DNA of 64,000 bases. Origin: Clostridia bacterium (GTDB lineage: Bacteria; Bacillota; Clostridia; Saccharofermentanales; UBA5734). The first letter of the stretch is position 1, and each line of letters starts with the position of its first letter. Below are positions 8,758 through 16,699 of this stretch, piece by piece. The position numbers and the translations under genes were made by a program. The stretch is taken from positions 639,324 to 703,323 of the forward strand of contig JAXGXQ010000001.1 in NCBI GenBank assembly GCA_040772685.1, read 5' to 3'. Below the pieces are notes generated by a model. It saw only the letters and a program-made list of their open reading frames with translations. It was not told the DNA's origin and did not search any database.

Positions 8758-9786
8758 TCAGCTAAACTGAACCATGGTTTTAAGCATGGCTTCACCCCGG
8801 ACAGCGATGTCGGCAAAAGCCTGGGGCGCCTCAGCGAGAGGATAAATATCGGTTATGATTTCAGCTGTGTTCACCGCGCCCGACGCCAGGTAATCGATCA
8901 GTTCGAGGAAGTCGCTTTTCAGTGCGTTGCGTGAGCCAAAAACATCAAGTTCTTTAGTTTGAATCCGGGAAAAAGCAAAGTCCAGATTTTGTTTACTGAT
9001 ACCGACAAGCACAACACGTCCACGGAAAGCCGCGGCATCAATGCAATTCTGGAAGGTTGCCGGCATGCCAACACATTCAATGCAAACGTCAAAGCCATCG
9101 CCGGCTGTTATTTCTTCAGTGCGCGCCTTCAGGTCTTCCTGAGGCACTTGAATTACCCGGTCAGCACCCAAAACAAGTGCTTTATCGAGGCGCTGGCGCG
9201 ACATATCGCTCATAGTTACATCGGCGCCGAATTTTTTGGCTGCCAGCATGGCGAAGATGCCGATTGGACCGGCACCGACAACCAGGACTCTGTCTCCGGC
9301 CTTTACACTGGCGCGTTTAACAGCATGGTAGCTGATGCAGAAAGGTTCGACCAAAGCAAGCGTGCGGGCATCAAGGCCTTTGCCGTCATATACCCGCGAA
9401 ACAGGCATAGTGAAATACTCACGGAACATGCCGTCGCGCTGAGCCCCCAGCGTTTGATTCGAAACGCAGCAATTAACAAAACCGCGGCGGCAGGAGTAGC
9501 ACTTGCCGCAATTGTAGTAAGGATTGCCGGTGACAATCATACCTGGCTTAAGCCCATATTCATTCTCGCCTACTTCGACTATTTCAGCCGAAAATTCATG
9601 CCCGGGTATGCGAGGATAATCGGCATATAAAAACGAGCCGCGGTAGGTGCCGGCATCGGAGCCGCAGACGCCGCCATAGAGGATACGCAAGAGTGCTTCA
9701 TCGGCAGCAGGAGCCGGTTTGGGCATTTCAATCAGCTCAACTTGGCCGGGTTCGGTAATTTGGACAGCTTTCATCATTTCAGACAT
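8758..9786 (-). CDS. Zinc-dependent medium-chain alcohol/polyol dehydrogenase
   Basis: Start moved to ATG 9786 (GGAGGT upstream). GVCGSD..., GHEFSAEIVEVG, structural-Zn Cys cluster CGKCYSCRRGFVNCC and NAD fold VLVVGAGPIG. Confidence 0.85.
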   Translation of the reverse strand: MSEMMKAVQITEPGQVELIEMPKPAPAADEALLRILYGGVCGSDAGTYRGSFLYADYPRIPGHEFSAEIVEVGENEYGLKPGMIVTGNPYYNCGKCYSCRRGFVNCCVSNQTLGAQRDGMFREYFTMPVSRVYDGKGLDARTLALVEPFCISYHAVKRASVKAGDRVLVVGAGPIGIFAMLAAKKFGADVTMSDMSRQRLDKALVLGADRVIQVPQEDLKARTEEITAGDGFDVCIECVGMPATFQNCIDAAAFRGRVVLVGISKQNLDFAFSRIQTKELDVFGSRNALKSDFLELIDYLASGAVNTAEIITDIYPLAEAPQAFADIAVRGEAMLKTMVQFS

Positions 9787-9894
9787 TGATTGATTACCTC
9801 CTAAAAATTGCAGCAATATTTGCTTGATTATCATAAAGCCATGCCTGATAACAAAATATCAAGCCTGGTCAAAAAAACCGTCTCAGTCTCAGCC

Positions 9895-10734
9895 TCAACG
9901 GATCTGTTGACGCAAAAACTCAAGCGCAGCAGGTGCTTCACGCTCAAAATCACTGGTAAAGGCTTCCAGGCTGATGCCGCCGCTGTAGTTTACAGTTTTC
10001 AGCGCCTGGTAAAACTGCAGGTTTAATTCATCATCAAGTTCTGTTGGGAATCCGCGTTCTGCCAGCCTGGCAGTGTGAACGTGGCAAAGCAGCTCGGCAT
10101 TATCGACAATGTGGCTGGCTGGCTCGCGCTCAGTTCCCAGGTGGTAATAATCAACCAGCACCTTGACATTGGCGTCGTCTACATCGCGGGCCAGTTGGCA
10201 ACCCTCTGCAAAAGTGTTGATCAGGTTGCACTCCTGCTTGCGCAACGGTTCAATGGCTATAGTTATTTTATTGGCCAGTGCAACAGGCGCAATCCGTTTG
10301 AGCATCCTTTGCACCTGTCGATAACCTTCCGCCATGGGAAAACCTTTAGGCACATTTTTCGCGGGACCGCTGCCAAAAACCACACGGCTGGCGCCAAGGG
10401 CAGCCGCACGCTGAAGCGCTTTCGCTACATAAGCATCAACTTGGGTGTCGTTCACATCTGGGCCTGTCAAACGAATGTCAGTCGGAAAGAAATTGTTACA
10501 AGCAGGGCAGGTAATGTCTGAGGTTTTCAGCTGCTCTTGCAGAAGCTCAAATTCAGCTTCTGTCAAATCAGTCACCTGCGCCAAAGGCAGTTCCACATAA
10601 TCAAAGCCAGCCCGGGCAATTTTTTTGATATACTCAAAACCAGTGCGGGCTAAACGTTCCGAAACAGTTTTATTATCGTCATCGGTTCTCGCTGACTCGC
10701 GATACAACATGTTGCTGCAACAGCCAATTTTCAT
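9895..10734 (-). CDS. Sugar phosphate isomerase/epimerase (xylose isomerase-like TIM barrel)
   Basis: Start moved to ATG 10734 (GAGGAGT upstream). Family pattern seen: GFDYVEL, IAIEPL, VLVDYYH. Confidence 0.7.
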   Translation of the reverse strand: MKIGCCSNMLYRESARTDDDNKTVSERLARTGFEYIKKIARAGFDYVELPLAQVTDLTEAEFELLQEQLKTSDITCPACNNFFPTDIRLTGPDVNDTQVDAYVAKALQRAAALGASRVVFGSGPAKNVPKGFPMAEGYRQVQRMLKRIAPVALANKITIAIEPLRKQECNLINTFAEGCQLARDVDDANVKVLVDYYHLGTEREPASHIVDNAELLCHVHTARLAERGFPTELDDELNLQFYQALKTVNYSGGISLEAFTSDFEREAPAALEFLRQQIR

Positions 10735-10944
10735 TTCATCACTCCTCATAGCCTGATATTTCTACTTTATCACGACAGACACGAACGTGACAGTACTGCA
10801 GCGTTATTATTAAGTATTTTCAGTCGCCGGAAGTTGCTTTTTATCCGCGTTAAAATATGATAAAATCTACAATATAATAATATTAATCTGAAACATTATT
10901 ATAACTAAAAAACGACAATTTAATGTTCGTGACCGCGAGGCGAC

Positions 10945-12075
10945 ATGCTACGAGCTGTATTAATTGATGATGATAAAATTTCTCTAAATGTTCTGCAAAA
11001 TAATCTTACCCTGCTGGACGGACTGGTTGAAGTCGCAGGTGTTTTTACGAAACCTGCTGACGCAGTTCAGGCAATCAACAGTTTAGCACCGGATCTGGTG
11101 ATGCTCGATATCGAAATGCCGGAAATCAATGGGCTTGAACTCGCTAAGGAATTAAGCGCCAAAAGGGATAACCTGGCTTTAGTATTTGTTACTGCACACA
11201 GCGAGTATGCTCTGGAGGCATTCCGCGCCAATGCACATGATTATCTGGTCAAGCCCTGCTCAACTGAGGATTTAAAAAAGGTTCTGCTGAAAATCCGTAA
11301 ACGGCTGCGGCCAACGGCAAAGGCAGCTTCACAGCTGGTTGTTAAAAATGAACCGTTTCGGATTCGTACTGCAGGCAACCTGGAATTATACGCTGATACT
11401 GACCCAGAACCAATCCGGCTGACCGACAAAATTTCGGAATTGCTGGCTTATCTGCTTTGTCAAAAAAAGAATAAAATTCGTAAGCGTGAACTGCAGGCGC
11501 TGTTCTGGCCGGAGCAAGAGCCGGAGAAGTCGATGCACAGCTTGTATACGGCTGTTTACCGTTTGAAGAGCATGCTCCGCAAAAACAACTTTCCTTTTGA
11601 TTTACTTAGCCAGCAAGGCTACTACCAGGTAGCCTTGTGGGATTGCCAGATTGATTTTGAAACGGTTCAGAAACTGGCTGCTGATAACCAGCCGATCAGT
11701 GACAGTCAGCGCGAATTATACGAAACAGTTGTCAACGGCTATTCCAACAAATTTCTGTTTTCGCATGATTACAGCTGGGCAAGGGGCTTTGCCGACCAGA
11801 TCGAAAATGACTACCGTACTATCGCTCTAAGGCTTCTTCACTACTACATCCGTGAACAACTCGAATCGGCCTTTACGCTTAGTGAACGGCTGGAACGGCG
11901 CTTCCCTTACGATGACGAAATTCAGACGCTGATTCTGCGCCTGCTCAGTATTCGAGCCGACGAAACAGTCGTCAGGCAGCGCTATGAAAAATACCGTCAG
12001 CGGCTACGCAAAGAATGCGGTATGCCGCCTTCGGTTGCCTTTGTCCGCAGTTATTTTGAGTTGCTTGGTCACTAG
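10945..12075 (+). CDS. Response regulator: REC domain fused to a SARP-like winged-helix plus BTAD domain
   Basis: REC: LIDDDK, phospho-acceptor context LVMLDIEMP, VTAHSEYALEAF..DYLVKP. The C-terminal half is helical and repeat-like with a wHTH-like segment (RKRELQALFWPE...YTAVYRLK). No kinase gene is adjacent. Confidence 0.7.
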   Translation: MLRAVLIDDDKISLNVLQNNLTLLDGLVEVAGVFTKPADAVQAINSLAPDLVMLDIEMPEINGLELAKELSAKRDNLALVFVTAHSEYALEAFRANAHDYLVKPCSTEDLKKVLLKIRKRLRPTAKAASQLVVKNEPFRIRTAGNLELYADTDPEPIRLTDKISELLAYLLCQKKNKIRKRELQALFWPEQEPEKSMHSLYTAVYRLKSMLRKNNFPFDLLSQQGYYQVALWDCQIDFETVQKLAADNQPISDSQRELYETVVNGYSNKFLFSHDYSWARGFADQIENDYRTIALRLLHYYIREQLESAFTLSERLERRFPYDDEIQTLILRLLSIRADETVVRQRYEKYRQRLRKECGMPPSVAFVRSYFELLGH

Positions 12076-12084
12076 GGCTTGGCT

Positions 12085-13203
12085 TCAGTAGTCGCGGTTT
12101 TCTTTGTATGCCTCATACATCGCGATGACATTTTCCACAGGTACACCCGGCTGAATATTATGTACCTGGGCGAAAACATAGCCTCCCTGGTTCTTGAAAA
12201 TCGACATGTTCCTTTTCACATCGGCTTTAACCGCTGCAGGTGTGCCGGTTGAAAGGATATGCTGTGTATCGATACCACCACCCCAGAATACCAAATCAGC
12301 TCCGAACTCATTTTTGAGTTCGCCGGGGTCCATGTTATCAGCTGAGATCTGAACCGGATTAAGCGCATCAACGCCTATTTCGATTAAATCGCCAATTATC
12401 GGTCGGATCGAACCGCATGAATGCAACAGGATTTTCTTGTTGTATTTATCCTTAATGTAACTGTATAGGGCTTTCTGATATGGTTTTATCCGAGCGCGGT
12501 AAGTTTCAGGCGATAATATCAAAGCGTTTTGTGCTCCCATATCATCTGCTACCTTGACAAGATCAATGCGGTCACCGAGACGCTGCATTACAAAGTCGAG
12601 CAGACACTTATAATACTCCAGGAGCTTTTCATGCAGTGCATCGCTCAAAGCTTCATTTATCAACAGATCGACATAAAAATTATCGTTGCGGCGCAGCCAG
12701 GATGGCAGACCGAACATCGGCTCGCGCAAGCCCTCAAGAATACAATATTTGTCGCTGTTAGCAGCAAGTCGCTCCTCGAGCCCAACCAGCATATAATCAT
12801 TCGGTTCAGGGATATTGTAGGCATCCAGATCGGCCGGTTCCTCAGCATTTTCGAGCGGATGCCGGACCATATTATAATAAAAGCCGTCAGGATTAATCCG
12901 ATAATCGATTCCCCACATATCCTTGAAAGTGCCGTCCCCGTTGTCTATCCAGGGACGGGCTTCATCAATGTAAATAGAACATGTATCAACGTCGAAATAA
13001 TCAACTATGCTCTGGTCAGGGATTACCACAAACTGGCTAAGTGCTTTGATTTCAGAACCATTGTCCTTCAGATTAAGATACTGTTTTACTTCTTGTTCCA
13101 CAATCTGATGCATACCAGTGTTATTGATGCCGCCAATATCAAGCGGCACCCGATCGGGTATCCGGTGATTCATTACAGCCGTCATTCGTTCCTTCGAATT
13201 CAT
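12085..13203 (-). CDS. Uroporphyrinogen decarboxylase (URO-D) family protein, MtaA/CmuA-like methyltransferase candidate
   Basis: 372 aa. N-terminus ERMTAVMNHRIPDRVPL, LLHSCGSI (H-x-C zinc motif) and GVDALNPVQ. No corrinoid protein gene is nearby. Confidence 0.7.
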   Translation of the reverse strand: MNSKERMTAVMNHRIPDRVPLDIGGINNTGMHQIVEQEVKQYLNLKDNGSEIKALSQFVVIPDQSIVDYFDVDTCSIYIDEARPWIDNGDGTFKDMWGIDYRINPDGFYYNMVRHPLENAEEPADLDAYNIPEPNDYMLVGLEERLAANSDKYCILEGLREPMFGLPSWLRRNDNFYVDLLINEALSDALHEKLLEYYKCLLDFVMQRLGDRIDLVKVADDMGAQNALILSPETYRARIKPYQKALYSYIKDKYNKKILLHSCGSIRPIIGDLIEIGVDALNPVQISADNMDPGELKNEFGADLVFWGGGIDTQHILSTGTPAAVKADVKRNMSIFKNQGGYVFAQVHNIQPGVPVENVIAMYEAYKENRDY

Positions 13204-13286
13204 AGTTTTTCTGCTCCAATGTGTCCTTGATTTCTGTAGAATTTTGTCGGCTACTAAGGTATTTTCACCTGCTTTTCACTGGTGCT

Positions 13287-13799
13287 TTAATATTCTTTTT
13301 CATCCTCAGCCCGGTTCATGTGCTCGGGGTCGGCGAACATTGCGTGATGCACAAAGTCTTCCGGCAAACGCACCATTTCACTAAGCGCTCTAAACAGCTC
13401 GTAATGCTCGCGTTCCTGTTCAATCAAGAATTCAAGCAGCTTACGGGTTTTTTCATCAGCAGCAGTTTCCAACATCCGTGTATACAGAGTAATTGCCAGA
13501 TCTTCAATAATCTGTGCTTCCCTGTATGCTTCCAGTTGAGAGGGAAATTTGTCGGCCGTCCGTTTAAAATCGCCCAGTTTGCTAAAGATATTGCCCGTCT
13601 CAGCAGTGATTTTTTCGGCGTCAAAGTCTGCAGGTGAACCGTCACTCATATCTTGCAGCAGCTTTGCATGTTTACGCTCAGCATTAGCAATCAGGCGGAA
13701 CGCCTCGCCGATTATATTGTCGCCGGCTAATGCGGCTTGTCGCAAATAATACTTCTCGCCGTCCAGTTCCATTTGTATCGCATAACTCATTAAGCTCAT
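13287..13799 (-). CDS. Ferritin-like diiron (rubrerythrin-type four-helix bundle) protein without rubredoxin domain
   Basis: Start moved to ATG 13799 (AAAGGAGG upstream) from the listed 13961. Two E-x-x-H motifs (NAERKHAKL, EQEREHYEL). Confidence 0.75.
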   Translation of the reverse strand: MSLMSYAIQMELDGEKYYLRQAALAGDNIIGEAFRLIANAERKHAKLLQDMSDGSPADFDAEKITAETGNIFSKLGDFKRTADKFPSQLEAYREAQIIEDLAITLYTRMLETAADEKTRKLLEFLIEQEREHYELFRALSEMVRLPEDFVHHAMFADPEHMNRAEDEKEY

Positions 13800-13844
13800 A
13801 ATGTGCCTCCTTTTGCAGCTGCCTGTTCTGTTTGACACAGTCGG

Positions 13845-13895
13845 CAGATAATATTCATCTGCAGATATTGTAGCCATATAGCTGACTGCAGACAA
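13845..13895 (-). promoter_or_regulatory. Candidate promoter of the ferritin-like gene with a Fur/PerR-type 7-1-7 box
   Basis: On the minus strand: TTGTCT (13890-13895), 17 nt, TACAAT (13867-13872), 5 nt, then CAGATGAATATTATCTG (13845-13861), a near-palindrome resembling TGATAAT-N-ATTATCA. Confidence 0.4.
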
Positions 13896-14003
13896 TTGCG
13901 GACTGCGACTTATGAGTCCGACTGCGTACAAGTTTGCGAACCTTTCACAAACCGGACTCACCTGCTTTACTTTTGTTACATTTTCCCTGTTAACAGAATT
14001 AGT

Positions 14004-15680
14004 TCAAATCTTCATTGAAGCGCCCTTGCTGGCGGAGGTTGCAAGGCGGCTATATAGTGAAAGCCAGCCGCGCGTCGCCTTTGACTGCGGCTTCACCCAA
14101 GTCTGTCGGCGTCTGTTCAGCTCTGCCTCCTGCACATGCAGTGTCAGTGAACGCTTGGGAATATCTATGGTAATCTGATCGCCGTCCTCGATCAACGCGA
14201 TCGGTCCGCCTTCTGTCGCTTCAGGTGAAATGTGGCCAACGAAGCAGCCGTTGTTTGTACCCGAAAAACGACCGTCAGTGATCAGGGCTGTGGTTTTGGC
14301 CAACCCCATGCCGTATAGGAACTTCATGGCATTGTACATTTCCCGCATGCCTGGTCCGCCTTTCGGCCCTTCATAGCGGATTACCACAACATCACCCGGC
14401 TGGATAACCCCTGCCAGAATCGCCTCGTTGGCAGCCTCTTCGCCATCATAGCAACGTGCCCGGCCGCTAAAAACATGCATCTCGGGGATAATGGCCGAGG
14501 GTTTGGTAATACAGCCTTCCGGCGACAGATTACCTTGCAGGATCGCAACTCCGCCAAAATTCATATATGGATCAGCCAATGGCCTGATTACTTTTTGCTC
14601 AGCCGGTGCCGGGCGAACCAGCTCGAGATTCTCTGCAATACTGAGACCTGTAGCTGTCATGGCGTCGGCCCGCAACAAGGGCAATAACCGGCGCATTACC
14701 TCCGGGATCCCGCCGGCCAGGTAAAAGTCCTCCATATTGTAAGATGCAGCCGGGTTTACCTTGGCAATCAAAGGTGTCTCCCGCCCAACCTGATCGAACA
14801 TCGCTGTCAGCTCATCGCTGCCGATCCCGATTTCAGCACCGATCGCATAAAGGTGGAGAATGCCGTTGGTAGAGCCGCCAGTGGCATTAAGCACCCGGGC
14901 AGCATTGAACAACGCATCGCGGGTAATGATTTTGCCTGTATTCAGCTTTTCATGCACCATGTTGACGATTCTGCGGCCGCTGCGCACGGCACAGCGAGTG
15001 CGCTCAGCATAAACGGCTGGAATCAAAGCTGCGCCCGGCAGGGTCATGCCCATGGCTTCGGCCAGGCAGCACATGGTATTCGCTGTGCCATAAAATGAGC
15101 AGGAGCCGCAGCCAGGACCACAGCTTTCTTCTAATTCATCAAGCTTCTCCTGGTCAATCCGACCAACTTTCAACATGCCGATGGCCTCTGAAACTGAGGT
15201 CAAGTCAGCAGCCCGGTCGTCAAACTCTGCCCCGCCCAGCATAGGGCCGCCGGGGACAAAAATCGCGGGTACGTCCAGTCGGGCTGCGGCCATCAGCATG
15301 CCGGGAACAATTTTGTCACAAGAACCAAGCAACACAACCGCGTCCAGCTGATGGGTCTGCACCATGGTTTCAACATCGTTGGCAATCAAGTCACGTGCCG
15401 GCAGAATGTAGTGCATGCCATCATGGCCCTGGGCCAACCCGTCACAACCACCGATGACACCAAATTCCACAGCCATGCCGCCAGCTTCAGAAATGCCGCG
15501 CTTTACAGCTTTGGCCAGTTCGCGCAGGCTGATGCTGCCAGGCACAAGCTCACTGTAGGAGTTGGCAATACCGATCACCGGGCGGGCCATGGTAACGTCG
15601 TCGAAACCCATGGATTTGTAGATAGCCCGGTTGAAGCTGAATTCAGGTCGTTGAAGAATTTTTTCACTGCGTCGGGTCAT
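14004..15680 (-). CDS. IlvD/Edd family dehydratase (dihydroxy-acid or sugar-acid dehydratase)
   Basis: 558 aa. PVIGIANSYSE, GSCDKIVPGMLMAA, GSCSFYGTANTM, TDGRFSG. No ilvBNC context; CDGLAQG replaces the usual SDG(I)xMG. Confidence 0.8.
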   Translation of the reverse strand: MTRRSEKILQRPEFSFNRAIYKSMGFDDVTMARPVIGIANSYSELVPGSISLRELAKAVKRGISEAGGMAVEFGVIGGCDGLAQGHDGMHYILPARDLIANDVETMVQTHQLDAVVLLGSCDKIVPGMLMAAARLDVPAIFVPGGPMLGGAEFDDRAADLTSVSEAIGMLKVGRIDQEKLDELEESCGPGCGSCSFYGTANTMCCLAEAMGMTLPGAALIPAVYAERTRCAVRSGRRIVNMVHEKLNTGKIITRDALFNAARVLNATGGSTNGILHLYAIGAEIGIGSDELTAMFDQVGRETPLIAKVNPAASYNMEDFYLAGGIPEVMRRLLPLLRADAMTATGLSIAENLELVRPAPAEQKVIRPLADPYMNFGGVAILQGNLSPEGCITKPSAIIPEMHVFSGRARCYDGEEAANEAILAGVIQPGDVVVIRYEGPKGGPGMREMYNAMKFLYGMGLAKTTALITDGRFSGTNNGCFVGHISPEATEGGPIALIEDGDQITIDIPKRSLTLHVQEAELNRRRQTWVKPQSKATRGWLSLYSRLATSASKGASMKI

Positions 15681-15719
15681 GATTTTCTGCCTCCATAAAA
15701 TACTTTTCCGAAAAAAGTT

Positions 15720-16532
15720 TCAGGTCTCAATGCGAATATACGCACGGTCGTCAAAGCTGCGTTGGCCGGCGACAAAACCCTTAGTCGATTTGAAGCGTGA
15801 CATGCAAAGCGGATCCTCGTTTAATACTTCCGCGAGCGCTGCTTCGCTTTTCGCCAGAGTAGCTTTCAGTTCCGGATAACCGTCGCTGGCCAGTATTACT
15901 TCAGAACCGGCTGGCACATCGACAATTTTCAAATCCCTCAGATCGATCTCAAAGCCGTCAAGCACAGCATAGCGCCAATCGTCGCCGCGGTTCGCAAATT
16001 GTGATTGCAGCTCTAAAAACGGCAGGATCGCTTCCCTGCCCGGGTCACCAGCTCTTAGTTCAGCCAATGTCCGTCCTTTTGCCATTTCAGCTTGCAGGAC
16101 AAAGCTCCGCACCTTGGCAAGCAGAGTGTCGATTTTTTTCTCTTCCTGGTAATGCCTGCCGTTCACAGCATACTGACAATCGCCAAAAGACCAGACCTGC
16201 CGTCTGGCAACACTATAAACCACAATGCTTGCTGTCAGTCTTTCAAAATGATCGCAGACGAGCTGTTCATACACAGACTTGCTTGCGTCAGCCAGGCTTT
16301 TATTCAGCAGTATTATTGCCTCTTCCGCTTTGATCTCAGGCTGGAATTCAGCCAAAGCCGCTGCCAGAACTTTACTGGCATACCACCCGGCTTTGCGGCC
16401 CTCCCAAAGCAGCTTGCCCTTGCTGGTTGCGCCGTCAATTACCGCGATGAAATGCTCATTAATAAACAGAGTGTCTTCACAGAGAGTATCATCGGGCATC
16501 TTGCCCATGACACTTTTTTCAATAATCCACAT
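15720..16532 (-). CDS. Hypothetical protein, possibly PP2C-like metal-dependent phosphatase fold
   Basis: 270-aa ORF with a GAAGGGAAAG RBS. Asp-containing motifs VIDGATSK, ILASDGY and FDDRAY are spaced like PP2C metal ligands. The assignment is weak. Confidence 0.45.
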   Translation of the reverse strand: MWIIEKSVMGKMPDDTLCEDTLFINEHFIAVIDGATSKGKLLWEGRKAGWYASKVLAAALAEFQPEIKAEEAIILLNKSLADASKSVYEQLVCDHFERLTASIVVYSVARRQVWSFGDCQYAVNGRHYQEEKKIDTLLAKVRSFVLQAEMAKGRTLAELRAGDPGREAILPFLELQSQFANRGDDWRYAVLDGFEIDLRDLKIVDVPAGSEVILASDGYPELKATLAKSEAALAEVLNEDPLCMSRFKSTKGFVAGQRSFDDRAYIRIET

Positions 16533-16699
16533 TCAGGCTTTCCCTTCATAAGCAGCCGTGATATTCACGGTACATACACATATTAGCATTATACCTGAAC
16601 AATTTCTGACGTTATACGTTGTCCGATTGCCCCGTTTAAATAATCATGCTAAATTTAAATTTGCGCCGGCAGCCAAGGCCGGCAAGGAGGACAACCGCA

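Noticed and set aside
9803-9812. Recurring AAAAATTGCA decamer (9803-9812, 40415-40424, 50894-50903; 12-mer GCAAAAATTGCA shared by the last two; AAAATTGCA on the minus strand at about 22104-22112)
   Set aside because: It is more frequent than chance, but most simply explained as an A-tract (UP-like) followed by a TTGCA -35 hexamer in AT-rich promoter DNA. At 40415 it is followed by a 17-nt spacer and TACTTT. There is not enough evidence for a dedicated regulatory site.
10752-10758. Isolated half-sites of the island operator (CTGATAT at 10752, CTGGTATAC at 62565 inside the PAP2 gene, GCATATCAG at 34552 and 50249)
   Set aside because: They are single half-sites with no partner arm and no promoter geometry, and one is within coding sequence. 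They are expected by chance.
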